From Gnetum montanum (lineage: Eukaryota; Plantae; Gnetophyta), in assembly GCA_015680685.1 (NCBI GenBank), contig MNCI01000181.1, positions 62,001 to 126,000 on the forward strand: DNA of 64,000 nt, in the 5' to 3' direction. Position 1 is the stretch's first letter; each line of letters opens with the position of its first letter. A model generated the notes under the pieces. It was not told the DNA's origin. It saw only the letters and a program-made list of their open reading frames with translations, and searched no databases. Made by a program: the position numbers and the translations under genes. This document shows, one piece after another, positions 1 to 15,200 of this stretch.

Positions 1-884
1 GATTACTATTAAAGAATCATTGCTAGAAAAAAAAGAGTAGGCTATGATATAGTTGGAGGAGAAGCTAGCTATTAAGCATTGAGCTAGATAGGCCAAAAAT
101 GTAAAGCTCTAGATTATTCTTACTTGTTACAACCTAATTTCCAACAGTTAATTATTAAAATAAGCTACAATAAGGAGTGGATACAGGATACCTAAGCTAA
201 AATTAAAGAGGTAAAGAAGAATCAAGTTATTTTTTTTAGATGAAAAAAAGGGCTTTGGATTTGGTCAGAATAGCTAGAAAGAAAATGGAGGTATTTCCTC
301 AATATAAAAAATATATTTTGGACAATATGATGATAGCAATTGCAAGGATAATGGACAAGACTATTTAGAAGAATTTGAAGCTAGAACAAACTTGCTCAAC
401 CACAGGAATTACATTGAATGTGCTAACTAATTAAATAACTAAATTAGGCATCAATGAGATAGGAGTTGAAGATGTTATTAAGAAACTTAATAACACCAAG
501 CCAAATATATTGAATCAAGTTATGAAAGTTCCACTAAATCCTGGAAAGTTAGCTTGGTAGCTACCAACAGAAGGACTCCAAATTCAAAACATAAAGAAAA
601 CTTATTAGGAAGTTGAGTTACTATCTAATAGCTTACAACTTTATGAAGGGAACATGAAATTTACCTAATCATAATTTTATAACCATTGTAACTACCAAAA
701 GTTGCTATATAGAGCTTTCAACATATCTCTAATAGAAATCTAAAAAAAGTGGATAACACATTCTAGAAAAGCTTGTAAGGATTATTTCTATAATGGCATT
801 CTAAATAGATATTGTTTATCTCATTTATTTTTTTTCTTTTAATTTGTATTAGAATTAGATAGTCTTCTTTACTTTTTTAGCTCA

Positions 885-1412
885 ATTATACATGGCTACA
901 AGTCTACATCATGTTTAAGACTTTTGAATGATTTTTCTTTTAGCCAAAATTGAGAGTTTTAAAGTAGAGCAAAAATCTAAAAGTCCATAGTCTTCACCAC
1001 CTACAAAAATCACTAGAATAGTAGGACATATAGTAGCAATAACCTTAGCATAGATCGATTTAGAAGATATTTTATATTCTTGAGCCATGATAGTCCCAAT
1101 CTATACAATTCAAAACCTATTACAATTGTTATTTGCAATATTTATTATAAAGTTTGTAGTTTTATCTATTTGGTCATATCATTTTTCTATGTTTCTATCT
1201 TAGTATCAACATTAGATTTGACTTTTTATTTACATGTTTATGCTCATTCTTCTTCTTTTTTATTGTTTGGTAATAGACCTCTAAGTTCTCAAGTGATTAG
1301 TAAGACCATTTGAGGCACTCTGGATCCTTTTCAAGGCTTATGGATATTGGAGTCAAATTGTTATACATAGGAATTTTTGATTGTTCTAGTGTCAAAATTT
1401 TTTATTGTTACA
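885..1412 (+). repeat. 3' part of a Tat LTR (F), probably the 3' LTR of element C
   Basis: Reverse-complement homolog of 53601-~54190; ends TGTTACA at 1412; followed by ATAAT with no PBS; homology lost left of ~885. Confidence 0.8.
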
Positions 1413-1692
1413 ATAATGGATGAGAAGTATCCTCTTGGATGTCTCAGTAGTTTGGGAGACATCTCCTCTGAGATGTGTCGACTCTAGAGAGACATATCCA
1501 ATAATTTTGAGATGTGTCCTATGAAGTCTCTATTCTCAATGGAGAAATATTCTACATCTCTCAGAAATTTCCTATGAAGTCCCAACTTATATATAATATA
1601 TCTTCTTAATCTTCAAGATGTCTCCATGGAGTCCAAAACTGATAAAACACATGTAGAGGTAGAACAAGGAAATTAGTAGAGGTATATCTACA
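1413..1692 (-). repeat. Proximal 280 bp of the D 3' LTR
   Basis: Starts TGTAGA (minus strand) after PPT AAAGGGTAGGTGAG; homologous to 36990-37286; carries a GAGACATCTC/GAGATGTCTC motif array. Confidence 0.85.
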
Positions 1693-1759
1693 CTAGCTCA
1701 CCTACCCTTTATGAAGTGAACTCATGTAAATAAAGGAGTAGGAATTGAAGTGATTCCCC

Positions 1760-4700
1760 ACTCTTGAAGTTTGGTCATATGGACCTATGCAACATCATCT
1801 ATGGATTGATCCTCCTAATGGAACAAATATTCATGCCTCTTGATTCCCCAAGTGCTAGAATCTTCCCTCTGTTTTAGTACAATTACCTTTCTCTCCCTTG
1901 AAGGCTTGGACTAAAAAATAGCCCCATTTAACTCATCAATGCTACCTTGTATGATCTTCTCATTAACTAGTCTATGATAGTATACAAGATATGAAACACT
2001 AAAAATAAAATACATACCAATATTATTTGACAAATTAATTACAAAAGCATTATCATTAATCCTGACCTTAATTCTAAAGAGGCCTCATCTTCTTACCTTT
2101 CAACTTAAAGAAGTTAACACATCTTAACTGCTTCTTCTTCAAGTGCATACAAATCAAGTTACTAATAGAAAATTTTAATTTTTTCTTTTTCTCATTCCTC
2201 TTGAGGACTCGCTCTTTAGTCTTCTTCTTAAGATTTGACTTTACTTATGCATGAAGATCCATCATCTCTAGCACAAAATCAATACTAAGTTAAGCTTCAC
2301 CATTAAAGCTCCTCAATGTGTTCATCATCTTTAGAAAAAACTCATAGTTCATCTCGAATGGAATTTTTCCAATAGCAATATGAAAAGCATTATTATATGA
2401 AACTTTAGCATGAAATAACAATTTTTCCACCTGTTTGGCCATCCATCACACAAACATCTTAATAAGTTCAACAAGGATTTATTCACCACCTCCATTTGGC
2501 CATCAGATTATGGATGATATGCATTAGAAAATTTTAACTTTATCTCTAAAATTTTTTAAATGGGCCTTCAAAAGTGAATAGTGAATTTGGAGTCTCTATC
2601 ACTAACAATGTTCAAAGGAATTCCATGAAACTTCACAAAATGTTGGAAAAATAAATTTTCAACATGGGAAGAATCACTCACATTCTTACATGAAATAAAA
2701 TGTGCAATCTTGAAGAATCTATCCACAATAACAAAACTTACATTGTTTCCACTTTTAATTTATGGAATACCATTGATAAACTACATAAATGCACTTTCCA
2801 ATGGTTCCTTGAGTATTACTAATGGGAAAATATCCATCCACTTCTTTACCTTCTTTGAAATTTTGAAACTTTACTTATCATGCCAAGCCAAAAATAATGC
2901 CTACTCATAGGCTCCAATGTTTTATCCCTACCCATGTGACTTTTCATGCCACTACAATGCTTTTTAAACAAAATTATTTTTCTAAAATCATAATTAGAAA
3001 TACATACCTTTTATTTTTAAATAATAGTTCATATTGAATATGATAATTCCTCCACTATTCTATCCTTCTCATTAATGGCTCTTTGAGCCTCCTCTAAACC
3101 TTCCCAAAATGAACATCATGCTTACAAAAATTAACAAAATTACTCATATCTTTCACATGCACCTAGGTCAATGCATCAACCATCATATTGGCTTTCCCAC
3201 TTTTATGCTTTAACAAAACATTGAACTCTGGTAACTATGCAACCCACTTCATATGCTTTGCACTCAAATTCTTTTAAAAGCTTAGAAATTTTATTGCTTT
3301 ATAGTTTGTCATCAAAGTAAACTCTTTGGGCAATAAGTAATGCCTCCAATGCTTGATTGCTTGAAGAATAGCATATAATCCCTTCTCATATATGCTATAT
3401 TTTTGCCCTGACTCATTCAACATTTCAAAAAATAAAGCAATAGGCCTACCTTCTTATGAAGGTACCCCATTAATGGCAAGTCTACTTGCATCCACCTTCA
3501 CTTGAAAAAGCTTCCAAAATTCCAAAATTGCAATGACCACTCAAAGCTTTCTTGGGTTTCATTATCTTACTTGAAATTTTTATTTTTCTTTAACAAAGAA
3601 AACATAGCTGATGAAATGCTATTGAAATGTTTTATGAACCACCTATAAAAACTTCATAAATCATGGAATGATCTAATATTCCCAACAATCTTAGGAGTTG
3701 GCCAATTCTTGATAGCCTTTACCTTGGTAGCTTTCATCTTAATTTTATTTTTAGAAATCACATGCTCAAAATATATGATTTTCCTTTTTAAGAAATGACT
3801 TTTCTTCACATTGATCACTTACTATGCCTCCTCCAACTTATGACACACCCCACTCAAGTGATCCAAGTGTTCTTCCTCATTAGAGCTATACAATAAAATA
3901 TTTTCAAAAAAGAAAATACAACACTTACTAATCAAGTTTTTCAATACATCATGCATCAACCTCATGAATGTAATAGCTGCATTCATGAATCAAAATAAAA
4001 TCATCAAGCATTCAAGAAATTCATCAAGTGTCATGACAATCATCTTCCATTCATCACTAGGCTTGATTCTAATTTGATGATAACCATTTTTTAAATAAAT
4101 TTTACTAAAGATCTCTATAATAGTAAGAAAATTAAAGATACCATCCATTTTTGGAATAGGAAACCTATGCCTCAATTTTATCCTATTTTTTCCATAGAAT
4201 CAATGCACATCCTCCATTCATCACTATCCTTCTTTGGCACTAGCATTGTTAGAACTACATAAGGTGAAATGGATTCCCTCATGAAGCCATTCGTAAGTAA
4301 CTTCTCTACTACCGTTGTAATTAAACCCTATAATTTAGTGCCATTTAATAAGCTTTCTTATTTGGAATGGTATCACTAGAAATAAAATCAATCTAATGTT
4401 GTACATTTCTCATTGGTGGTTATCCATCCAACTCTCCCTTAAATACCTTTAAAAATTTCTACTTTTAGCCTGGCACATGTATAGGAAGTTCAAACTACAT
4501 ATCATCATGGTTAGCAGTAACTATTGATACAAAAACAAATCCAAAACCAACCTAATCATGTTCCTTAATATATTTTATTTCTCCTGGATGGATTAAGGAA
4601 GCATTAAGTGAGCTTTCCTACCTCACTTGTTCACCTATCATGGGAATCAACTCATGGATTCCATTAGATCTAGCTACACTCCATACATTTCTTGCTTTAT

Positions 4701-6330
4701 CAAACTAAGAACCATTGTCAAAATTCCAAGGTCTACCAAGAATTACATCAACAAAAACTATTGGAAGCATGTCATACTTTAGAACATCATGAAAACCTCA
4801 AATTTTAAATTTCAAGGTACATTGTTTCTTTACCTCTGAAGAAAGATATCTAGATAACTAATGCACTTTATAGGGTCTAGGATGAGGATTAGTTACCAAA
4901 ATAAATCTAGTAACTACTCTAAAAGAAATAATATTTTCTTGGGCTCCCCCATCGATTAACACATGAATCCATTTTTCACTCAAAAAACATCTATTTCAAA
5001 TTCAAAATAATAATGTTCTAGTAGGATGATCTCCTCTATTCATATTTTCCATGAATGCACAAGAATTTAATTCAAAAAATTCTTTAATATTTGGAAGCAT
5101 TAGAATTATCTCTCTAAACATCTTGGCTTGATGTCTCCTTCAACTTCATGGTTTATACATATTTATTCTTGGCTACCTTGTGAAGCAAACATTTCCATTA
5201 CTTGTGCCTCCATTCTCCATATTTGAAGCATTGAATATTGGATGAGTTTTCACCTTGACACTTTCTTCTCTTGCCTTGGTTTTTCTTGGCTTTACCCTTC
5301 TCATATCCCTTTATTATCTTCTTATCATGGCTACCATCCTTGTCTACAAATTTGGACATAGATCTCTTCTTAGATTTTGATCCCTTCTCCTTCCCTTTGG
5401 AAGTTTGTTTGCTTATGTTTCCAAATCCACTTAACTTCTTTTTAGCCTTGGGTACCAAATCATAATCCTCATCAAAATTTTATGGCTTATAAAAAGACAA
5501 ATACTATTGGTACATTATTTTGAGAAAACCTAAAAAGCTTAATGTTTAGTCATACTCATCCTAGTTTATCTTAGCTTTATGGAATAATTTACAAAATTCA
5601 AGATAAAATTCTTTGACATTTTTATCACCTTACCTTAGGAATTTCAACTTCATAATGATTTCTTGTCTCTAATAAGATTGTTCAAATTTTCTTTTTAAAT
5701 TGTATTTCATTATATTCAAATCTCTAATGGATTGACCGTTTTATCTATCATAACCTTGGAACTCCTTTTTCCACTAAGTAGAAGCCATACCTTCTAATCT
5801 CATTTTAGCAATAGGTACCCTTAAGTTATTTGGTACCTCTCCCAATTCAAAGTACTTTTTAAGTGCCTTCAGCCAACTTGAAAAAGCATTGATGTTATCT
5901 ACATTATTAAAAGTATTCCACTCCATGTATGGAAGTCTTATAGCATTTCTAAATACTTTAACAAGCCTTTCTTTATCTTACTCATCAAGCTTGTTTGGAG
6001 AAAAAGTAGTTACCATAGTTGATATCCTTGGAATTCTCATATGAGAAATAGGATTCCCTCCCATTGTAAATCTTGGTTGATGGGTTCCTATACTTCCATA
6101 GCTAGATTTTTCTTCCTCATCATCCACTTTTTCTCCATCAAGTTATGAAATTTCTTCATTTTCATGGGGATGCTAGTCATCTCTACATTTCTAGATATGG
6201 ATATGATCAACATTTCTATCTACATTTATGTTGATTTCATCTAACCAAGAAACCAACATCTAGAATATAGACTTCATGGTCTTCATGTCTTTATTTAGGG
6301 CTTGCACTTATTTCTTGCTAGGCATCATTT
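1760..6330 (-). pseudogene. pol: gag-pol of chromovirus D
   Basis: Zinc knuckle 'IQCFKYGEWRHK' (~5200-5240); RT 'RHRFPIPKMD...FSKIYLKNGYHQIRIKPSDEWK' (3990-4175); RH; INT; C-terminal 'DSSTWGIKRHEYLFH*EDQSIDDVA*' (~1790-1860) resembling a chromodomain (YLVKW...DATW). Confidence 0.85.
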
Positions 6331-6418
6331 GAATTTGACAAAATCATCAACTAAGTCCAAGCCATAATCAACATAAATATTTAATACTAATTATTATACT
6401 AGACTAGGTTTACTTCAA

Positions 6419-8009
6419 TGAAACATCACCAAAATTACATGTTGTAACCTTCATCCCATGAAAGCTAAGGCTCAAATTTCATTGTAAAATGTGAAGATTG
6501 TAACCCAAGGGGTGAAATTTCACATACTTTAACTTTTGGGAGTGAAAAATGCCTCATAACGGATTAGATCCTCATCCCCCAAGTGAAAAAAGCCATATAA
6601 TGCCATTATTTGGGCTTGTGAAGGTTAAAAATGCCTTTTGGGATGCCAAAATTGGCATTTTGATGGGTTTTGTAGGGGGTATAATATTTTCAACATTCAA
6701 GATACCTGTTGGATGGTATAACCCACCTACACCTGACATTGGAGGACATAACATCAACCATGCCTAGCATGGAAGGCATAAATCTTACCTCCCAACATTT
6801 CACCTTCCCCCCAAGGCTTCTCCAACAAGGGTCTAGCATTGCACTAGCATGGATCCTACGTGGATCCAATGTAGGTTGAATGTAGGTCTAGTGTTGCTCC
6901 AACATGGATCTAGTGTTACTTCAACATGGGCCTAGTGTTACTCTAGAGTGGCTTCTATAACCCCAACATGGGTGTCATACCCCTAACATGGATGTCATAC
7001 CCCTAGCATGGGTGCCATACCCCAAAGTGGGTGTCATACCCTAGCATTGCCCATGCACTTCAATATGGCTCCTACAAGTCTAGCATTGCTATTGGAAGGC
7101 TCAACATGGGTAAAATTCCCATTTACTATTTTTAGTAAACCGAATGGATTTGATGCCATGGGGGTATAACACTTACCATACATAGTAAACTCATTAGATT
7201 TGAACAACCATCACACCTACACATAGCTAAAATTTTTTCAGTAATCAAACAAAATTTGTAGCAACAATTAAGCAAAATTTGCAATAGTAATCAAGAAAAA
7301 TTTGTAGCCAAATTTATGGTCCAAAACCCTATAAAACCCAAGAACCAAGATCATGAAAGTGTTCCACATTTTGTAATTTTTAACCATTTTTTACATTTGA
7401 GAGCTCTTGCACACCTACAAATATGCAACTTCTTGAATCCTCAATGTGGAACCTCCATAGGGATTGTTATTTCCCTTTGCAATTCTATGAGTTTTGGTAC
7501 CACTGCTGAGCATTTTGGGCTTTACCCCTAGCATGGCTCTTCTTGGTAGCAAAATCCCCTTACACCTCTCACCCCTTGCATCTCTAGCATTGTAGATTTG
7601 GTAAAAAGAGCAGCAAAGGTTCAAAAGCATTGGAAATTATAGAATTGTGGAGCTAGTTGCAATAGTTTCAATGGATTCTAAGCCTCCACCGAAGTGAACC
7701 CTCTTGCTACTTAAGGCATATTTTTTGTACACATTTCTTGAACCATTCTTTTTTTAAAAAAATTAAAGTTTATAGATCTATTTATTTTCAAGATAAATTT
7801 AATTGATTCATTTTAGTCCATCTATTTTTGTATATCTACATTACATTTTTATTTTTCTATTCTTGTTTACATTTTTCAAGTCCCTGGGTGATCTGTTAGA
7901 TTGTCCAAGGCACCTTGGATCCTATTTTTAGAGGTTCTTGGGATCCAAGTTTAAAGCTATTTCATTGGAATTTTTGGTTTTTCAACAACTAAGATTTTCA
8001 GACATTACA
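6419..8009 (+). mobile_element. Solo LTR of a Tat family related to A and C (1591 bp), inserted ~25 bp from the end of the D 5' LTR
   Basis: TGAAACATC...CATTACA termini like the A and C LTRs; TSD TTCAA (6414-6418) / TCCAA (8010-8014); no PBS follows. Confidence 0.85.
6830..7110. repeat. ~20-bp minisatellite within the solo LTR
   Basis: Units such as ctagcatgggtgtcataccc and caacatggatctagtgttact. Confidence 0.75.
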
Positions 8010-8670
8010 TCCAATATTAAAATTACCTTCCAATACTAAATCTAGATATTTTGAAAAGATAATTAATTTTATATAAAATAAGAAAACTAGCCATCTTCAA
8101 TTATTTAAGAGAAGATTACAATAGGATTCACAAAACTCATGAAACATCCAAAACCTCCTTAAAATACTCAAATGATGTTGAACTGTATGAGGCTTTATAA
8201 CCACAAAATGGATGTTCTTGATAAAAGACACAATTAATAGAGAGATTCTCCCACAACCTGGGACTAAGATCTCAACTCACAAGCAAGATTAGAACACACC
8301 AGCCAACACATACCACAATTGACCTTGGAACTGCAATACCTATAAACTTAGTTAATGTGCTCTCTCTCCTACTCTTGCTCAAGCATAATGCAAGAACTTA
8401 CATAAAATATCTTCTGTTCTCTCTCTCTTCCAAGCATGAAACAAAACTCATTTTTATTAGCAGAAAAAGACAAATACTATAGAAAATCTTTCTCAAGCTC
8501 AACTTGAAGTTTCCACATTATTTCAATGGTTTTTTTTTACCTTCTTCCCATTATTTCTTGAATTGGAATGGTAATTTCAAAAGTTTCCTTGGTCATACAA
8601 GTCATCTTTAACCTCCTTGGGTCATCTCTTATTAAAATCCAACTTTTAGAAGAGCCATCTCTTGAGTGTG

Positions 8671-9951
8671 TGATGAGTCATCCAATGCCATTTTGTAAGT
8701 TAATTGTAAGCTCTAGATTCAAATGGTATCTCTTACACCTTATGTTTATAGTTATCATGCACATGGTTGAGGTTTCTATCAACTAGGTATATATCCTTAT
8801 CTTCTTATTTTCACTTGTACATTTGGGACATTTTTTTAGCTTCATAGAGATTTTCCAACTTCATTCATAAGTCCTTGAAAGTTTCCAACTTGTTCCTAGG
8901 CCTTCCAACTTTCATTCAAGAAAATGAGGACAAAGTATAATGGTAGGGATATGCTTGCTTCCCTGCACTAGTGCATCCCCTATGTGCATCCCCTATGTCA
9001 ATGTAAGGGCACTGACACATCCCTCTTGATGCCTTGGGTTGGTTACTTTGCCTCATCAACCACTTTATATGTATTCTATGTTATCTTGGATGCACTGATA
9101 GACCTCCATTAATTCTTGGATGCTAGCAAACCCCTACTATTATTTTTTAAAAACTATAAATAAGTGGAATGAGCTTTATATGAAATGAACTTTGTTTTAA
9201 GCATTTTATTTAGGATTTTGGTGTTATGTTTCTTGTGAAGAGCTCTTCCTTTCTTAGGTAGTGATTCTTTTCCTATTTTATGTGTTTTTAGTCCTTTCTT
9301 TTACTAGTGTGGCTAGACTCTATTAGAACACTACCTTGCTTATATAGCTCAGAACTATTTGGTCAATGTAGAGTCTAGTGTCTATGTAGTGAATAAAGCT
9401 TATGGTTTTTCTTAATATTTCACTATTAATGTCTTAAACATTAAAATATCAAAAATATTATAAAATATTAAAACCATAAAAAATATTTATTTTTTCATTT
9501 TCATAATATATAATTATTCAAGCTTACCCAAGGATATCGTAACTGTATGGCATGGTGTTGAGCCATTGAGGTTATGACTAACAGCCATTTTATTGTATTT
9601 CGTGTGTGCATGTTTATGTACGTGGTGTTGCATCTATCCCTTGAGGGATTACAACATGAGCATTACCCCTACTCCTAGGTGGGACTACAATGCATGTATG
9701 TTTATATTTATTTTAGTCTTATATTTATAAAATCCATAAAAATATAAAACATAAAATTATAAATATTTTCTCAACCTCACACCATGGCAACATGGGTTTC
9801 TATTTGTATCATATGTATTATAATATCTTTCATATTTATTGAATGCAATGATATACATAAGTATTCTTGGAAATCCACTTAACATCATCCTCAAAGGATA
9901 TGACCATATTTCACTATTATTTGTATGACATTTTTCATTAGTTTAAAACCA
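8671..9951 (+). repeat. 5' LTR of element B
   Basis: Starts TGATGAGTCATC; colinear with 35706-36984; last ~15 bp apparently deleted between AGTGG microhomologies. Confidence 0.85.
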
Positions 9952-9952
9952 G

Positions 9953-9970
9953 TGGCATCGTTACTAGGAA
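9953..9970 (+). promoter_or_regulatory. Decayed PBS of B (tRNA-Asp type, as in Athila)
   Basis: TGGCATCGTTACTAGGAA differs from the Athila-type TGGCGCCGTTGCCGGGGA only by C>T/G>A changes. Confidence 0.7.
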
Positions 9971-10559
9971 GGACATTGATGAATTATCTAGAAATACTTG
10001 TATGTTCGTGATTTTAAATTTTATTTAATTTTAGTACATGTAGGTTATAATGAATGTGAAAAAATGGTAGAAAGTGCTAAGAATTCATGTCATACCTCTA
10101 GCAATGCACCAAAATGGAAAAGGATTGTTGTTACTTTTGAGCACTAAAAGGATAAGACCCTTCCACCAATGGTGCTAGCATATCATTAGGATAAGGGAGG
10201 TGGAGAGATGTGTATGGCTAGTTAGTAATAGATCTAGTTATTATGGCACCTGATGATCTCATTGAAGCCTTAAATAATATGGGGCTTGAGGATGAACACA
10301 AACTATACAAAAATCACAAACCTATGCTTGAGGATTATAAGCCTATGTACATGTAAGAACTTTGGGATTAGCTAATGAAAGAAGAAGCTATTTATAGCTT
10401 TTCATTTGACTACTCATATGGGGATTAAGAGGTTAAATCAAATAAGAAGAATAAAGGGATAATCCACCACCAAGGCCCCTGGTCAGGTAACTTTACATCA
10501 AGTGTAGCTTAACATGATGACCTCCTTTCTAGGTTCTAGCATCTTCATTTATCTGGACC

Positions 10560-12250
10560 TACTAGTGGGAATGATGATTCCCCTTTGTTTGACTAGGATG
10601 ATTATTATGAGTTGACCAAAGCTATATACATTTGAAGGTAGCATGTTCAACATAGCAAAATTATATGAATTAACATGACTAATGCACCAACATATAGAGG
10701 GTATACTAGTGGTGACCCCTTGTTTCATGTGCAAGCATTTGATAATGCTTTCTATCTGCAAGGGATCATAAGTGATTGGTAGAAGTTGTGGGTGTTTCCC
10801 TGCATCTTAACTAAACATGTAGAAACTTGTTATAAATATTTTCCTTCTTGATCAATCCAAAAATATGCAGATATGATCAAGGTATTTTATATAAAATTTC
10901 AAACTTGTGCTAGAATTTCAAACATTCAAAAGGAGAAGGCCAAATGTGGGTAAGAAGCCTACTAGCCTCTTAACATTGCCATGGAAAAGTACATGAAAAA
11001 TTCCCACCATTTTCTAAACCATGAATTTAGACAATGAAAGTAGTTAATGAATCTAATTGAGGGGCCAAGATAGAAGACAAGAAAGTGCATGAACATGTAT
11101 GAAATGGGCTAGGTGCATAAAAAGTTCATGGCTTAAATCTAAACACTATTGAAAACCATTTCTAGTATGGATGAAGAATGGTGAAAGCAATAATAAGTTA
11201 AGAAGCATAATCATGATCCATCATGTAGGTGGGAGATCAATAATATTGAAGGCACTACTAAACCTCCTACTATAGTTAAGGCTCTTGCATAGGATCATAT
11301 TGGAATAAATAAAGCCTTGTTGGACTTGTTCCACCCTGTGGACTAGTTTGGCACACAATGAATAAGAAGATGATCATTTCTCTCAAGGACATTGATGGTA
11401 AGGTGGTTGAGGCTACAACCAAAGTAGTTACAGTAAATATACAATGAAAAAGGTATGATGAAAAGGGTAAAGAGAAGCTCTCTTATTTCAAGAGAATTTA
11501 ATATGATTCTAATGAGGCTTTTGCATCCTCTTTGAATGGTGAGGATCCCTAAAAATATTGCATGAACTCCCATGATTCTCAGTGTTATCTAGTCATGGCT
11601 CACATAATTAGTGAGATGGAATGATCTAGGGTAACTTTGAATTCCATATTTATCAAGAAGAAAACAATAAGGACTCCATACCCTAGCTATGCATACTATC
11701 TTATTGGTGCTTATCCATAGCTTATGCAATAGTACTAACATTGGCAAACTCCAAATCCTTGAGGTACTACTCCATGAAATGTTGTTGCTCTAATGAAATA
11801 ATAGATGGTACCTCCACATAATATTTATTTATATGATACATATGTAGGTATATATTAAACTTCAATGTTGATACCTTAGTAGAGTCTACTTGTTTATATT
11901 AATCCTACCAACCAAGCTTTCTAATAGCAATAGCAATAGTAGCTTCTACTTGTTGGTCTCATGCAAGGTGGGATACTTAGTTAACTATAATCAAGGAAGG
12001 CCAAATTATGTAATATTACCTATGGTATTGATCCTACTTCTATCCATGCATCTTGGAAATATTAACAAATATCTATGAATTTGGTTGCAAGGGGATGTTT
12101 AAGGTCCCATGGTAGGAAATTTTACTATAAATGCATGTGTGCAAATCATGAGACTAAGCTAGTATCCTTCTCTCTACCTTAAGGAAAGAAAATTCATTCA
12201 AGAAAAATGAAAGTACATGCTTATGAAGTTTCAAGGAACATTCTTAATCA
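10560..12250 (+). pseudogene. gag: gag (and probable protease) remnant of B
   Basis: 'PTYRGYTSGDPLFHVQAFDNAFSIC' (~10690-10760) and 'KLWVFPCILT' (~10785-10815) resemble the Athila gag 'F.G...EDP..HL..F...C' and 'LRLFPFSL' motifs; heavily decayed; boundaries approximate. Confidence 0.6.
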
Positions 12251-15200
12251 CAATTTAATAGCAATACCTACTACAAGAATACGTTCCTAGGCTATGTCTA
12301 GTGGGGATAGCACAATGATATATGATGGTAATGTTGTCACCATCCCTATGTCCATGGTGGTAGCATGGGTAGTTGAAGAGTAATGTTTGCCTGAAAAATG
12401 ACTAGATCTTAGAAGTTCCATGGTGGATATTTAGAATGGTAAAAAGGATTATTAGCTAGCTCTCTATGACTACATTTTAGAAGTCACTCTCATTTCACTC
12501 TAGTAGTACCTTGATTAGAGGCTTCCTTGTCTTGAGAATACTAATATTCACCTAGAGCTAGCTGACCAATATTATATATATCTCATGGAATAGGTATGTA
12601 ATATGACCACTTTTCTTACAAGTTGATCATATCCCATTGATTTCTTGATGCTCATATCAAAAGATAAGATGGAAGAGGATCTTTTTGTAATCATGGGAAG
12701 ATCTTGATTAAGAAATGCTAATTCTAGGTTGATTTTCAAAGCTCTCCATCTCAATATTGGTAGAAGAAATAAGATCATCATGATGAATTACAAAAGGAAT
12801 ACCTTGTAACCCTTCCTAATGTTATTGCACCAAAAAACATATGCCATTCAAATGAGCCAAATATAGCATCTTCGAGAGAACACTTAGTGCATCCTACTAA
12901 AAATATTTCACCTTTGAGCATGCTTAACACTTAAAAGGCTTTCTAGGTAATAGATATGGATCAGTTTTGTTGGATAAATCCTTCACAGCATGTCAAATTT
13001 TTCTTCTTCTACTATTTCCATTTGTATGATTAACAAAGATTGGTGGAGTTAGTTAGGGTTTTATATATTTTTAGGCCTAATGGATAACCAATTAAAAATG
13101 TTTCTTTTCTTTTGGAGTGTTTTTATTTTTGCATGTGGAAAACCTAGTTAGGAATGTTATGAATGCTCATCCAATGAGCTAATGACAAATGGGTAAGCTA
13201 CATACGTGATGATGATGTGAGAATGCCAAATGGGTACAATGTGGAGCTTTGATGGATAGAATGCCCATGAAACAATATTCATCCACTGACTTTTCTTATA
13301 TCCATTACCAATTAACTAGGTTTAGATTTAGTAGAAAGTAAGGACTCACATTGTGAGCTATTGAGTCTAATGCTACTAGAACTATGGACAAGTGGTGGAT
13401 CCACATCTATGTAAGCTCAAGAATCTATGAAGAATTCCTAGTAATTGGTATGTATCATCAAGCATTCTTGTGACTACTAGATGGGTCTAATTGATGTGGT
13501 TAGACCAAGGTACACACCTAGATACCCAAGCCAAAAGAGGTTTTTAATTTCATAAACCTATGTGTGCTAGGTGGTGAGTGATGAATTCTCATGTTCATAA
13601 AAGTCAAATATTCTAGGTTGTGATTTGGAACTTAATCCTTTCCATGATTTCCCTACTTCACAAAAAATTCTCTTTCAAAAAATGAAAAAAAATAAATGAA
13701 AAGAAATATGATGATAACAAGAAAATAAAAGATAAGAGAAGAGAAAAAAGAGTGAAGAGGTGATGGAAAGAGTAATGTACTTTCAAGCCTATCGGTTGTG
13801 CAAGTTGGTATTCTTATCATCTAAACCAATATAATACTTGATTACATCAAAGTGGTTTAACCTATGCCTATGTAGACCTTTCTCATATTCAACTTGTTAT
13901 TGTAATGTGGGATTATTCATGTAGCCAAGATGACATGTAGAAAGATTCTAGTAAAGCCAAATTTAGGGAGTCTACTATGCATATGTGCATGAATGGAAGA
14001 AAAAAAACTAGAATCTTAAATTTTGGATGTTTAGTGACACACTACATTGGTTTTATTCATACCAATTATTAGATTGAAAAATAATTAAGACTAGATGGAA
14101 CTGGATTAGGTAGGTATGACTTTGTGCTTGGAAGAAAAAATTTGAGGTTGATTCATATTGTATAGATGAGTACCAATGAAAGAATGTAGTAGTAGATCTC
14201 TTGTGGGACGAAGAACATGCTCACATGCTCCATGAGCCAATTGAATTTCTAGTTGGGGATTTGGTGATGTTGCACTATTTCCCCTCCTCTTTCATCTATT
14301 TTTTATTCTTCATCTCTTCTATTTCATTCTTGTTCATGGTTGTATGTGGTAGAAGGTCAATTAAGCAACATGCACATCCAAGAAGATGGACTTACATTTG
14401 ATGATAATGTTTTACTAGTTGTTGAGAATCCACAAGTATCTCATCAAAATATTTCAAAAGAATAATGAAAGAAAGTACCTACTTTGAGAAGGAATTCCTT
14501 GTGAATCCTAGTAGATAAGCATCATATATGGCTCAGCAAAAGCTAATCTCCTAGTGATGGTAAGGATTGCATTGCATAAAACACTCAATTGGTCTTTCAC
14601 TTATGTAAGAATTACCTCTTATTGCTTCAAGATTTTACCATGGTAAACTCAATCAACTCACCTTAATTATACCTATATTTTATTATTATTAGTGCTCAAA
14701 TCATTCTCCTACTATTCTAACCCCTCTTCTCTAGCCTTTAATTCATGGACACATACATGTAGATTCATTTAATTCTTCCCTATAAACCATGATGTTGTCT
14801 AAGGTAAGCTTATAATGTTCTTCTTAGTTTTCTTCTTAGAACCCTTGTAAGGTTAATCTTGAGCTATTTTGACATGGTATGGGCCTTAAAAAGTGTTGAG
14901 AGGTAGTTCAAGGTGAGTAGAATTCATGTGATTAGTATTAAATGATTTTTTATTTACTTTGGAGGGGTACATTAATGCATCCCTCCACAAACATACAGGT
15001 GTTGGCACACCTATGCTAGTGCATCCCTTATGCCAATGACCCTATATAAAGTTGGGGTTGGGGATTCCAAAATTTAGCTTACCCTTTTCCTTTGTGTTTT
15101 TCTTCGTTCATTTCCTTCCATGAGCCAAAAACAAGCAAAATGTTGCTAAAATTTTCATCCTATAAGTAGATTGATAATATTTTGCACACATTCTTTCTTG

